This document shows positions 9,953-20,150 of a stretch of DNA of 64,000 bases, piece by piece. The notes beneath the pieces are model-generated. The model saw only the letters and a list, made by a program, of their open reading frames with translations, ran no database searches and had not been told where the DNA came from. The stretch spans positions 96,001 through 160,000 of the forward strand of contig CAWHDR010000001.1 of the NCBI GenBank assembly GCA_963828165.1, in the 5' to 3' direction. Both the position numbers and the translations under genes were made by a program. The stretch comes from an uncultured Chloroflexia bacterium (GTDB lineage: Bacteria; Chloroflexota; Limnocylindria; Limnocylindrales; CSP1-4). How positions within the stretch are numbered: the stretch's first letter is position 1; every line of letters begins with the position of its first letter.

Positions 9953-10925
9953 TCAGCCCTCGTCGAAGGTGGCGCGCAGGCCGGTGCCGAGGTCGCGCGG
10001 CCGGTAGCCGAGCTCCGTGGCCGCCTTGGCGGATGACGCCCAGTACGTGACGCCGAGGCCGGCTCGAAGCACCTCGCCCAGATCGTCCGGCAGGCCGGCC
10101 GCACGCGCCAGCGGCGCGGGTGCGTGGGAGCCGAGGCGGATGAGCGCCGTCGGCAGCTCCAATCGCGGCAGGCTGCGACCGCCGATCCGGGCGGCGACCC
10201 GCATCGCGTCACGCAGTCGCGTGTTCTCCCCACCAAGGATGTAGGACTCGCCGACACGGCCAAGGTCGAGTGCAGCCACGATGCCGGCCGCCACGTCCTC
10301 GACGTAAACGGCCGAGATCCCGACGTCCGCCAGGGCCATGTACCCAAGGCTGCCGTCGTGGGCGCCACGGATCTGCTGCCCGGTCCCCGAGTGGTCGCCC
10401 GGACCGTACGTGACGCCGGGCATGACGATGACGATCGGGGCGCCCGAAATCGACGCGCTCGCGGACCGCGCGGTGAGCGAGGTACTTCGTCTCGTCGTAG
10501 TAGTTCAGGAAGCCCTTGGACAGGTCCCGCCGGTAGCGCTCGTCGATGATCCGGCCCTGCGTGTTCCCGGCGACGTTGACCGTCGACACGTACACGAGGC
10601 GGTCCAGACCGGCCGTGGCGACCGCGTCGAGGATCCGATGGGTGACCCCGACGTTGGCATCGAGCATGGCCGGACGCATCGCGGCCGGGATGCCGACGCG
10701 GTACATCCCCGCGACGTGGATGGCGGCGTCGGTGCCGCGCATCGCATCGACGATGGCCGCGGTCCGCGACAGGTCTCCCGCCCGCATCTCCACCCCGAGG
10801 TCCGCCAGCTGCGCCGCCCGATCGGGATCGCGGACCACGGCCATGACCCGGTCGCCGCGTTGCACGAGCCGTCGCACGACCGCGAGCCCGATGAATCCGG
10901 CACCGCCGGTGACGAAGATGCGCAT
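9953..10925 (-). CDS. NAD-dependent epimerase/dehydratase (frameshift ~10449)
   Basis: TGGAGFIG and YDETK in one frame, GAPIVIVMPGVTYGPGD continuing in another; extra base in a T run. Confidence 0.8.
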
Positions 10926-10958
10926 CAGTGGCCGACGCCCGAGGCGGCGCCCCCCGGC

Positions 10959-12548
10959 TCAGTAGACAGGCGTCTCCGGCCCGATCGCCTCGAGCCAGGT
11001 CTTGATCGCCTTGAGGAGAGCTGCCGCCTGCGCGCCGTCGTTGGCGCGGTGATCGATCGCGAGGACCATGTTCATGATCGGCCGGATCGCGATGACGTCG
11101 CCGTCCGGCGTCTCCTGGACCACCGGGCGCTTGGTGATCGCCTCCATCGTCAGGATCGCGACCTCCGGCACGTTGATGATCGGCATGGTGAGGTTCGAGC
11201 CGAACCAGCCGGTGTTGTCGATCGTGAAGGTGCTTCCGCCGTAGTCGTCCAGCTTGAGCTTGCCCGCCCGAGCCCGGGCCGCCACGTCGGCGATCGCCCG
11301 GTTCAGGCCGCTGATGCTGAGCTGGTCGACGTCGCGGACGACCGGAACGAGGAGCCCGTCGTCGACGGCGACCGCCACGCCCATGTGGACACGCCGCTTG
11401 GCGAGCACGCCGTTCTCGGTCCAGTGGGCGTTGAATGCCGGGAAATCGCGCAGGGCGGCCACGGCAGCCTTGATCACGAAGGGCACGTAACTCAGCGAGA
11501 TGCCCTCGCGAGCCTGGTAGTCGCGCTTGGCCTTCTCGCGTGCCTTGACGAGGTTGGTGGCGTCGACCTCCATGTGCACGTACGCATGTGGGACCGCGAG
11601 GGCCCGGGTCATCTGCGCGGCGATGCCCTTGCGCATCTGGGTCATCGGGAGGAGGACCTCGTCGGCGCCCTCGGGGAACTCGATCGGGGCGCCGGCCGGC
11701 ATGCGGGCCGGTGGGGCGGCTGGGGCGGCTGGTGCCGCCGCGGCGGTAGGGGCAGGTGATCCACCGGTTGCGGGGGCCGAAGCCGTGGCAGTCGCTCCGT
11801 TGCCCTGGGACATGACCGGTACGGGTGGTGTCCCGCCGGTGCGAATCGATTCGACGACCGCCAGGACGTCGTCGCGGGTGATCCGCCCGCCACCACCCGT
11901 GCCCACGATCTGGTCTGGGCGGAGCGCGTGTTCGCGGAGCAGACGACGGACCGCGGGCGTCATCCGCGCGTCGGGGTCGCCGGTCGAGGTGGCGGAGGCG
12001 GCGGCTGTCGCGGTCGGAGCGGCTTGGGCTGTCGCGGTCGGAGTGGCTTGGGCGGCCGGGGCGGATCCGGCGGGAGCCGCGGCTGGCGCCTCCGCCGGCG
12101 TCGGGGTCGGGGTCGGGGTCGTCGGGGCCGGGGCGGGGGCAGCCGCGGCAGCACGGTCCGTGTCGGCCGGCGCCGACTCATCCGAACCGGCGGGTCCCTT
12201 GGCCGGCGCAGCCGCATCGGGGTCGCGCGGCTCGACCTGGGTCGTCCCTTCCGCCTCGGGCCCGCCTTCCTTCTCGAGCGCCATGGGCGCTGGCGCGTCG
12301 CCACCCGCCTCTTCGGCCGTCTCGATGATGGCGATCTCAGCGTTGTTCGGGACGGTCGCGCCCTCCTCGGCCAGGATCTCCTTGAGGACGCCTTCGAAGG
12401 GCGACGGGACCTCGGCGTTGACCTTGTCCGTGATGACTTCGAGCAGCGGTTCGTACTTCGCGACGGCGTCGCCCGGTTGCTTGAGCCACTTGCCGATCGT
12501 CCCCTCCGCGACGCTCTCGCCGAGCTGGGGCATCGTCACCTTTGCCAC
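10959..12548 (-). CDS. bkdB: Dihydrolipoamide acyltransferase E2 of 2-oxoacid (branched-chain) dehydrogenase
   Basis: Lipoyl domain (MPQLGESV...TDKVNAEVPSP), E3-binding domain (TPAVRRL...GTGGGGRITRDD), DHRANDG; GTG start after GAAGGAG. Confidence 0.92.
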   Translation of the reverse strand: MAKVTMPQLGESVAEGTIGKWLKQPGDAVAKYEPLLEVITDKVNAEVPSPFEGVLKEILAEEGATVPNNAEIAIIETAEEAGGDAPAPMALEKEGGPEAEGTTQVEPRDPDAAAPAKGPAGSDESAPADTDRAAAAAPAPAPTTPTPTPTPAEAPAAAPAGSAPAAQATPTATAQAAPTATAAASATSTGDPDARMTPAVRRLLREHALRPDQIVGTGGGGRITRDDVLAVVESIRTGGTPPVPVMSQGNGATATASAPATGGSPAPTAAAAPAAPAAPPARMPAGAPIEFPEGADEVLLPMTQMRKGIAAQMTRALAVPHAYVHMEVDATNLVKAREKAKRDYQAREGISLSYVPFVIKAAVAALRDFPAFNAHWTENGVLAKRRVHMGVAVAVDDGLLVPVVRDVDQLSISGLNRAIADVAARARAGKLKLDDYGGSTFTIDNTGWFGSNLTMPIINVPEVAILTMEAITKRPVVQETPDGDVIAIRPIMNMVLAIDHRANDGAQAAALLKAIKTWLEAIGPETPVY

Positions 12549-12653
12549 GTTCGCTGCTCCTTCGGGTCGCCTGGTCGCGCCAGCACGTACTCGCGTAGTT
12601 TCCTCCATCACGGCGATGCAGGTCGAGTCGGCAATCCGCGATGGTCAGCGTGC

Positions 12654-15437
12654 ATGATGCGCTCGATGTCCTCTGTCGACCATCGGCTCGCCCGCGCACT
12701 GGGCGTTCGCACCGGCGAAGGCCGCTTGGCCGCGCATGTCGCCCTCGTGTTCGCGGTCATCGAGGCGGGCCGCGGCTTCGGGGAGGTCGGCGTCGATACG
12801 CTGATCCTGGGTCGCTTCGGGGGCGACGCCCTGCCCGAAGTCCTGCCGTTCCTGTTCATGGCGCTCGGCGGGACGAGTCTCGTCGTCGCCCTGGCCTACG
12901 GTGCCGCGTTGGGGCGCCTGCCCCGGGGCCCGCTGTTCGTCGCGATCCTCACGGCGATCGCGGGACTCATCGTCGCCTTGCGCTTCGCTCTCGGCGATGG
13001 CTCCCTGGCGATCGTGGCCGTGTTGTGGTTGACCGTGTACGCGGCCGGGATGCTGGCCGTGACGATGTCCTGGACGGTGGCGAGTGGGTCATTCGACGCC
13101 CGGCAGGCCAAGCGCCTGTTCCCGCTGCTCACCGGGGCCGCGATCGCCGGCTCCTTCGTGGGGACCCTCGGCGCAGGGCCGGCGACGGCGATCGGCGGCG
13201 TCGAGGCCTTGATGGTGATCGAGGCGTCCATGTTGGTCGTGGCGGCGGCACTGATCGCGCGGCTCCCGCGCCGCTCCCCAGCGACCGCGGGTCGTGGTGC
13301 CCGTCGATCGATCGTCGGCGAGATCCTTGCGGGATACCAGTTCGTGGTCCGCTCCCCGTTGATGCGCCTCGTCGCGGTCGCCTACGTGCTGCTGGCGATC
13401 CTGATGTTCTCCGTGTCGTACCCGTTCCTCTTGGCCGCTTCGGCCGCCTTCCCGACGGACGTCGAACGCGCCACCGCGCTCGGGCTGCTGTCGGCAGCGG
13501 TGACCGCCACCTCGTTCATCGTCTCGGTCACGCTGGCCAACCGCATCTACACGAGGTTCGGGGTGACGACGGGTGCAGTCGTCCTGCCGGTCGTCTACCT
13601 CGCCGGGTTCGGGTTGTGGCTCGTCAGCTTCTCGTTCGCGACCGCTGCACTGGTCAGATTCGCCCAACAGGTGACCCAGCGGGGCATCTCGAACGCGGCC
13701 TGGAGCGCCTTCTACAGCACGGTCCCGGCCGAGCGACGAGCCCAGGTCATCGCCTTCAACGACGGGGTACCCGGGCAGGTCGGGATCATCCTGTCCGGCG
13801 CCCTGCTGCTGGCGGCCGGACGATTCCTCGCCGCGGACCAGGTGTTCTGGCTGGGCATCGTGACGGCCCTGGTGGCCACCGGCGTCGTCTGGGGGATCCG
13901 CAGCCGGTACGCGGGCAGCCTGTTACGGGCGTTGCGTTCGGGTGGGGCCGAGCAGGTGCTCGAGGGCGGGGCCGGGATGGGGGCGCTGGTGCGCGACCCG
14001 ACGGTGGTGGAGGCACTGCTCGAGGCCGTTCGAGCCCCGGAACCCGGGGTCCGCGAGATGGCCGTCACCGTGCTCGGGCGCACTGCGCCGCCCGGCTCGC
14101 GGGACGCGCTGGTCGAGGCGCTCGGCGACGGAGACGCGCGCGTCCGGGCCGCAGCGATCGGGGCGCTCGCCCGATCCGCCGACGGATCCGCGGGACTCGA
14201 CCTGGGCCCGTTCGCTTCGGACCCGAGCCCGCTCGTCCGGGCCGCAGCCATCGTCGCGAGGGCCGGACCGGAGGTCGCCCCCGGGAGTCCGCTGCTGTCC
14301 GATGTCTCGCCGGAGGTCCGGGCCGCGGCTCTCGGGCGCCTGCACGGCTCCGATCCGGAGCATCGGATCAGGCTGATCGCCGCCCTGGACGACGACGCCG
14401 CCATCGTCAGGGGGGCAGCGGCCACCGCGCTCGGCGCCTCGCCGAGCGACGGCCGCGATGTCCTGGCTGTCCTGACCGATGGAAGCTCGCGCGCCCAGCT
14501 CGCCGCGCTCAGCGCCTTGGCCGGAGTCGCGGAGAGCGATCCGTCCATTCGCGCGCCAGTAGCCGAGTGGGCCTTCGAGCGGCTGGGCCGCGCGCGCGAG
14601 CTGCGGACGGCCCGGCTCGCGATCGCCCGAGCTGCCAAACCCGGGGGCGCGGCGTCCGGTTCGCAGGCGTTCCTCGTATCCGTGCTGGATCGCCGGGAGG
14701 AGGCCCTCGAGGAGTCCGCACTCGCGGCGCTGGAGGTCCTCGGCGCACCGGAGGCCCGAGGCGTCATCCGGCGCTGCCTCGGATCGAACGATCCCGAGAT
14801 CCGCGCCCAAGCCATCGAAGCATTGGAGACCCTGGCCGATCGCCGGATCGCGACGGCCCTGATCCGCCTCCTCGAGGATGGCGCCGAAACGGGGGTCACG
14901 TCGGCCGACACGGCGCTCCGGCGCATGGCCGATGATGGGGACCCGTGGATCCGGGCATTGGCGCGACACTGCATCCTCGATGCCGGAGGAGACGACATGG
15001 CGGCGACTGAGCGGACCCTGTCCGACCTCGACACGATGCTGCTGCTGCGCAGGATCCCGTTGTTCGAGGGACTCGATCCCGAGGACCTGCAGCGGATCGC
15101 CGACACGTCCGAGGAGCGCACGTTCGACAACGGCGAGACGCTCATCCGCGAGGGCGAGGTCGGACACGAGCTCATCGTCATCGTGGATGGGTCCGTGCGG
15201 GTCGTCCAGGCCAACCCGGACGGCGGCGAACGGGAGATCCGCCGCTACGACGCCGGCCAGCACATCGGTGAGCTGGCCGTCCTGCGCGAGCGACCGCGCG
15301 CGGCAACCGTCGTCGCAGCCGAGCCCGTTCGCGGCCTCGTCATCAGCGGTGACGCGCTCAGGTCGATCCTGCGCGAGCGACCGGGGGCGGCGATGGCGAT
15401 GCTGGCCACGCTCGCCGACCGGATCAGCACGCAGTAG
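12654..15437 (+). CDS. MFS/NTT-like transporter fused to HEAT repeats and C-terminal cyclic-nucleotide-binding domain
   Basis: About 12 hydrophobic segments with FDARQAKRLFPL; repeated DxxPxVRxAA HEAT units; IPLFEGL...IGELAVLRERPRAATV cNMP cassette; start 12654-12666. Confidence 0.85.
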   Translation: MMRSMSSVDHRLARALGVRTGEGRLAAHVALVFAVIEAGRGFGEVGVDTLILGRFGGDALPEVLPFLFMALGGTSLVVALAYGAALGRLPRGPLFVAILTAIAGLIVALRFALGDGSLAIVAVLWLTVYAAGMLAVTMSWTVASGSFDARQAKRLFPLLTGAAIAGSFVGTLGAGPATAIGGVEALMVIEASMLVVAAALIARLPRRSPATAGRGARRSIVGEILAGYQFVVRSPLMRLVAVAYVLLAILMFSVSYPFLLAASAAFPTDVERATALGLLSAAVTATSFIVSVTLANRIYTRFGVTTGAVVLPVVYLAGFGLWLVSFSFATAALVRFAQQVTQRGISNAAWSAFYSTVPAERRAQVIAFNDGVPGQVGIILSGALLLAAGRFLAADQVFWLGIVTALVATGVVWGIRSRYAGSLLRALRSGGAEQVLEGGAGMGALVRDPTVVEALLEAVRAPEPGVREMAVTVLGRTAPPGSRDALVEALGDGDARVRAAAIGALARSADGSAGLDLGPFASDPSPLVRAAAIVARAGPEVAPGSPLLSDVSPEVRAAALGRLHGSDPEHRIRLIAALDDDAAIVRGAAATALGASPSDGRDVLAVLTDGSSRAQLAALSALAGVAESDPSIRAPVAEWAFERLGRARELRTARLAIARAAKPGGAASGSQAFLVSVLDRREEALEESALAALEVLGAPEARGVIRRCLGSNDPEIRAQAIEALETLADRRIATALIRLLEDGAETGVTSADTALRRMADDGDPWIRALARHCILDAGGDDMAATERTLSDLDTMLLLRRIPLFEGLDPEDLQRIADTSEERTFDNGETLIREGEVGHELIVIVDGSVRVVQANPDGGEREIRRYDAGQHIGELAVLRERPRAATVVAAEPVRGLVISGDALRSILRERPGAAMAMLATLADRISTQ

Positions 15438-15446
15438 GGTCACCAG

Positions 15447-18074
15447 ATGCAAGAGCTCGCCGAGAGACGCGACCTCCCGACCGGCACGGTCACCTTCCTG
15501 CGAACCGACGTCGAAAGCTCGATGGTGCTGGCACGCACGGCCGGCGCGGACTGGGACGCGCTCAATGCCACCCATGTCGCGCTCATACGCCGCGCGATCG
15601 TCGATCACGGCGGCGTGCTCGTTCGAACGGAGGGCGACGGGATCTTTGCCGTCTTCACGGACGCCGGAGCGGCAGTTGCCGCGGCCATCGACGGACAACG
15701 GCTGATCGGCGACCACGCCTGGCCGCGGGAGGCCACGATCCGGGTGCGGATGGCCCTCCACACGGGTGAGGCGCATCGGGCGGGGGACGACTACGGGGGC
15801 TTCGAGGTCAACCGCGCGGCACGGATCGCCGGCGCCGGGCACGGTGGGCAGATCGTCCTGTCGGAGGCCACCCGGGCACTGGCTGCCGATGTGTTGCCGG
15901 ACGGCGTTCTGGTCCGCGATCTGGGCCTCCATTCGCTCAAGGACGTTCCCCGCCCCGAACGGCTGTTCCAGCTGGACGTCCCCGGCCTGCGCACGGAGTT
16001 CCCACCCCTGCGCACGGCCGGGACCGCCTTGGGCGACGTCCCGGTCCCGCTGACGAGCTTCATCGGTCGGCGTCGAGAAGTCGGGGAGCTGCTCGAACTC
16101 CTGGAGGGTCACCGGCTGCTGACCCTGACCGGACCCGGTGGCATCGGCAAGACACGACTCGCGATCGAGCTCGCCCGGTCGAGTTCGACCGCCGCGCCGG
16201 ACGGCACGTGGTTCGTCGCGCTCGACGAGATCGAAGAGCCGGCGCTCGTTCCGTCGGCCATCGCGCGCACCATGGGTCTCTTCGACGGACCGGAGCGATC
16301 CGCCGCCGATGCGCTTCTCCCGTACCTGGCGGATCGCTCTGCGCTGCTGGTCCTGGACAACCTCGAGCACCTGATGGGAGCGACGTCCGACGTCACGGCG
16401 ATCCTCCGCGGCTCTCCCGGAACGCGTGTCGTGGTCACCAGCCGATCGCCGCTGCGGATCAGCGGCGAACAGGAGTATCCGGTTCGACCGCTCGAGGCGT
16501 CGGCCTCGGGAGCGCACGATTCGGTGGCCCTGTTCGTCGAGCGTGCGCAGCGGGTCCGGCCCGGGTTCGATCCCGGTCCCGAAGCCGCCACTATCGCCGA
16601 GATCTGCGAGCTGCTGGACGGGCTTCCGCTGGGCATCGAGCTCGCCGCGGCACGCACATCGCTGCTGCCACTGCCGGCGATCCGCGATCGTTTGGGGGCG
16701 CGCCTGCCGCTTCCGGGCGCCGGGCTCCGCGACGTGCCCGATCGACAACGGACGTTGGAGGGTGCGATCAGCTGGAGCTACGCCCTGCTGCCGCCGGAGC
16801 GGCAGCGTCTGCTGCGCGACATCTCCGTCTTCGACGGGGGATTCGATCTCGAGCAGGTCGACGCCCTCCAGGGCGGCGCCGATGTGCTCGATGGGCTCCT
16901 GGAACTCGTCGACCAGAGCCTCCTGATGCGTGAATCCGGTGGTGAGATCCGCTTCCGGATGCTGCGGACGATCGGGACGTTCGCGTTGGCCGAGCTGGAG
17001 GCCGAGGGCCGATCCACAGAGCTCCGGCGACAGCACGCGCTTGCATATCTGGCGCTTGCCGAGACCGCGGCGCCCAACCTGCCGGGTGCGGATCAACCTC
17101 GCTGGCTCGATCGGCTCGGCCTGGACCACGCGAATCTGCGAGCCGCGATGCGCTGGGCACTCGACGCGGGCGAGGTGGACCTGGCATTCCGGCTCCTCGC
17201 CGGGCTGTGGCGGTACTGGCAGCTTGACGGCCACCTGGCCGAGGGCGCCGAGCTGGCCCACGCCGCGATCTCCCTGCCCGGGGCGGAGCTCCCGACGCCG
17301 CATCGCCTCGCGGCCATCACTGCCCTGGGCAACATCGCCTACTGGCAGGGTCGTGCCGATGAGGCGGTCCGCTACTACGAGGAGCAGCTGGCGCTGGCTC
17401 GCGAGCTTGGGGACCGCGCCGCGGAAGCGGATGCGGTCTTCAACCTCTCGTACGGCGCCTTCATCCGTCAGGACTTCGCGCTCACCTACGAGCGGGTGGA
17501 AACCGCGCGGGCCCTGTACCTGGAGGTCGGCGACGCCCGCGGCGCGGCTCGGACCGACTGGAGCCTGGCGACCGCTGTCATGAGCGAGGGACGGCCGGGC
17601 GATGCCCTGCCGATGTTCGAGGCAGCCGCGGAACGCTTCGCCGAGCTCGGCGACGTCTGGTACCACGCGATGGCGACCGGCAGCGTCGCGTGGGCCATGT
17701 TCGCGACTGGCGACATGCGCGGTGCCACGCACAAGTTCGCGGAGTCCCTGGCCGAGTACCGCGCGCTGCGCGACGTCGGAACCACCGCGATCTCCATCCA
17801 GATCGGCGCGATCGTCGCGCTGATCGCCGGTCGACCGGAGGACGCGGCTGTGCTGCTCGGCGCCACCGAGAGCCTGACCGAGCGATACGGGGTCGTGCCA
17901 CCAGCCGGCCTCGCATGGCTGATCGGCGCCCAGAACCCGAATGAGCGGGTGGCGGAGGTGCTCGAACCGGACGTGCTGGCGTCCGCGCTTGAACGGGGCC
18001 GGCGATTCGGTCTCGACGAGGCGGTGGAACTCGTCGTCCGGATCGAATCCGAATTGCCTACGGTCGAGAGATAG
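15447..18074 (+). CDS. Class III adenylate/guanylate cyclase + STAND (NB-ARC-like) ATPase + TPR protein
   Basis: PTGTVTFLRTDVE, RTEGD, EVNRAAR cyclase motifs; Walker A GPGGIGKT, Walker B LLVLDN, GLPL; helical repeats. Confidence 0.92.
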   Translation: MQELAERRDLPTGTVTFLRTDVESSMVLARTAGADWDALNATHVALIRRAIVDHGGVLVRTEGDGIFAVFTDAGAAVAAAIDGQRLIGDHAWPREATIRVRMALHTGEAHRAGDDYGGFEVNRAARIAGAGHGGQIVLSEATRALAADVLPDGVLVRDLGLHSLKDVPRPERLFQLDVPGLRTEFPPLRTAGTALGDVPVPLTSFIGRRREVGELLELLEGHRLLTLTGPGGIGKTRLAIELARSSSTAAPDGTWFVALDEIEEPALVPSAIARTMGLFDGPERSAADALLPYLADRSALLVLDNLEHLMGATSDVTAILRGSPGTRVVVTSRSPLRISGEQEYPVRPLEASASGAHDSVALFVERAQRVRPGFDPGPEAATIAEICELLDGLPLGIELAAARTSLLPLPAIRDRLGARLPLPGAGLRDVPDRQRTLEGAISWSYALLPPERQRLLRDISVFDGGFDLEQVDALQGGADVLDGLLELVDQSLLMRESGGEIRFRMLRTIGTFALAELEAEGRSTELRRQHALAYLALAETAAPNLPGADQPRWLDRLGLDHANLRAAMRWALDAGEVDLAFRLLAGLWRYWQLDGHLAEGAELAHAAISLPGAELPTPHRLAAITALGNIAYWQGRADEAVRYYEEQLALARELGDRAAEADAVFNLSYGAFIRQDFALTYERVETARALYLEVGDARGAARTDWSLATAVMSEGRPGDALPMFEAAAERFAELGDVWYHAMATGSVAWAMFATGDMRGATHKFAESLAEYRALRDVGTTAISIQIGAIVALIAGRPEDAAVLLGATESLTERYGVVPPAGLAWLIGAQNPNERVAEVLEPDVLASALERGRRFGLDEAVELVVRIESELPTVER

Positions 18075-18086
18075 CGGCGGGCTGGC

Positions 18087-18818
18087 TCAGGACGCCGGCG
18101 TCCCCGCCGAACTCGCGTCCGCGTGCGATTCCGCGTCAGCGTCAGTCTCGACGTCACCAAGGGTGAGCCAGCCCTGACGGGCCGCAAACGTGACAGCACG
18201 GACACGGTTGGGCACCCCCAGCTTGTGCAGGATGCTCGACACGTGGTTCTTGACCGTCTGCTCGCTGACGTCGAAGAGCTCCCCGATCTCGCGGTTGCGC
18301 TTCCCTCCGGCGATCAGGCGGAGGACGTCCAGCTCCCTCGGGGTCAGCGGGTTGGTCGTTGGGCCGTCCGGGTGTCGGGTGCTCTCCCGGAAGCCCTCCA
18401 TGATCCTGTCGATCAGATCGGGCCTTCCGATCACCTCGGCGCGCAATGGATCTTCGCCATCGGCGACCTGGCGGATCACCGCCACGAGCTCGGCAGGCTT
18501 CGCAGCGGCGGCAACGTGACCCGCTGCGCCGATCTCGACGGCCCCCAGGATGCTCGCGTCGTCGTCTTCACGACCGACGACCACGATCCCGGAAGTCGGG
18601 GCCTCCAGGACGAGTCGCTGGGAGGCGGCACTGGTTTCGGGCTCCTGCAGCTCCACGTCGAGGATGAACACGTCGGGGGCGTCATCCCGGGCGACCGCAA
18701 GCGCGTCGTCGGCAGAGCGGACCTCCGCGACGACCTCCATGTCGACCTCGCGATCGAGGACGCCGCGGATCCCCAGACCCGCGAGGGTCCTGGGTTCGAC
18801 GAGGACGATCCGAATCAT
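18087..18818 (-). CDS. NarL/LuxR-family response regulator with atypical receiver domain
   Basis: LTPRELDVL...SEQTVKNHVSSILHKL HTH; receiver keeps FILD but lacks DD, Thr/Ser and Lys; start 18818 or up to 18857. Confidence 0.88.
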   Translation of the reverse strand: MIRIVLVEPRTLAGLGIRGVLDREVDMEVVAEVRSADDALAVARDDAPDVFILDVELQEPETSAASQRLVLEAPTSGIVVVGREDDDASILGAVEIGAAGHVAAAAKPAELVAVIRQVADGEDPLRAEVIGRPDLIDRIMEGFRESTRHPDGPTTNPLTPRELDVLRLIAGGKRNREIGELFDVSEQTVKNHVSSILHKLGVPNRVRAVTFAARQGWLTLGDVETDADAESHADASSAGTPAS

Positions 18819-18906
18819 GTCGCGACCAGGCATCGTTGCAGGCTGTGATCGTCCCATCGTGGTGCGTCTCCTGGGCGCTGGGGGTACGCGCTTGCGTGGA
18901 GGCTAC

Positions 18907-19150
18907 CTACGAACGGCACATCGCGCATGACCCGAAGGGACCAACTTCGCGCGAGCCGTTCGTTCTCCCATCGGCGCTCGCCCATGCAACGACTTGCGAG
19001 TGCGTGGCAACTCGTAGATCGCGCTGCGCCGCACCCCAGGGCGTATCGCCGCCCGTGGCCTCGTTGCCCGTGACGTGCATGCGCGCGGCATACGGCGAGA
19101 GCATGGCCTTGAACCGATCGAACAGCAGCCCGAATTCGTCCGGCTGCCAC
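18907..19150 (-). pseudogene. Degraded small-gene remnant downstream of E1 beta
   Basis: GGAGG + GTG at 19150, immediate frameshift into protein-like DEFGLLFDRFKAMLSPYAARMHV, then degenerate sequence. Confidence 0.35.
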
Positions 19151-19166
19151 CCCCGTGCCCTCCGCG

Positions 19167-20150
19167 TCAGTACGCCGCCAGCGTCCGGATGCCCGCTTCG
19201 ATCTTCTCGGGACTGACCATGAACCAGTCCTCGAGAACGTGGTTGTACGGCACGCCCGGGACGTCCGGCCCCGCGATGCGCGTGACCGGCCCGTCGAGGT
19301 AGTCGAACGCCTCTTCGGCGACGATCGCCGCGACTTCCGCGCCGTACCCGCCGAACCGGTTGTCCTCGTAGACGATCAGGCACTTGCCGGTCTTGCGGAC
19401 CGACTCGAGGACGGTCTCGGTGTCCAGCGGGCGGAGCGTCCGCAGGTCGACCACCTCCACGCTGATCCCATCGTCCGCGACGCGGTCCGCGGCCTCGAGC
19501 GCGTAGTGCGCCATGAGCCCGTACGCGATGACCGATACCTGCGAGCCCGGGTGCGTGACCGCCGCCTTGCCCAGGGGAACCGTGTAGTCGGTGTCCGGCA
19601 CATCGCCTCGCACGGAGCGGTACATCTTCTTGTGCTCGAAGAACAGCACGGGGTCCTCGTCGCGGATCGACGCGCGAAGCAGGCCGCGAGCGTCGTACGG
19701 TGTGGACGGGATCACGACCTTGAGGCCCGGCACGTGGGTGAAGAACGCCTCGACGCTCTGCGAATGATAGAGCGCGCCGTGGACGCCGCCGCCGTACGGG
19801 GCCCGGATCACCATCGGGACGCCGTAGCCGTTGTTCGAGCGATATCGCATCCGTGCCGCCTCGGACACGATCTGGTTGAACGCCGGGAAGATGAAGTCGG
19901 CGAACTGGATCTCGGCGATCGGCCGGAGGCCGTTCACGGCAGCGCCGATCGACGCGCCGATGATCATCGATTCGGTGAGCGGCGTATCGATCACCCGGTC
20001 GTCGCCGAACTCCGCCCACAGACCGTCCGTGGCGAGGAACACGCCGCCCTTCTTGCCGACGTCCTCGCCCAAGACGATGATCGACTCGTCCCGGCGCATC
20101 TCGTCCGCCAGCGTCTCGCGGATCGCCTCGATGAACGTCCTTGCCGGCAT
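19167..20150 (-). CDS. bkdAB: 2-oxoacid dehydrogenase E1 beta subunit (branched-chain type)
   Basis: GEDVGKKGGVF, DTPLTE, AEIQFADF, HSQS, FEHK. Confidence 0.93.
   Translation of the reverse strand: MPARTFIEAIRETLADEMRRDESIIVLGEDVGKKGGVFLATDGLWAEFGDDRVIDTPLTESMIIGASIGAAVNGLRPIAEIQFADFIFPAFNQIVSEAARMRYRSNNGYGVPMVIRAPYGGGVHGALYHSQSVEAFFTHVPGLKVVIPSTPYDARGLLRASIRDEDPVLFFEHKKMYRSVRGDVPDTDYTVPLGKAAVTHPGSQVSVIAYGLMAHYALEAADRVADDGISVEVVDLRTLRPLDTETVLESVRKTGKCLIVYEDNRFGGYGAEVAAIVAEEAFDYLDGPVTRIAGPDVPGVPYNHVLEDWFMVSPEKIEAGIRTLAAY

Noticed and set aside
11700-12300. Ala/Pro/Thr low-complexity repeats in E2 (also VWA and M15 tails)
   Set aside because: Ordinary flexible linkers
13923-17732. 1269-aa minus-strand ORF and many other long overlapping ORFs
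   Set aside because: Antisense or alternate-frame shadows of GC-rich genes; Arg/Pro/Ala-rich with no motifs
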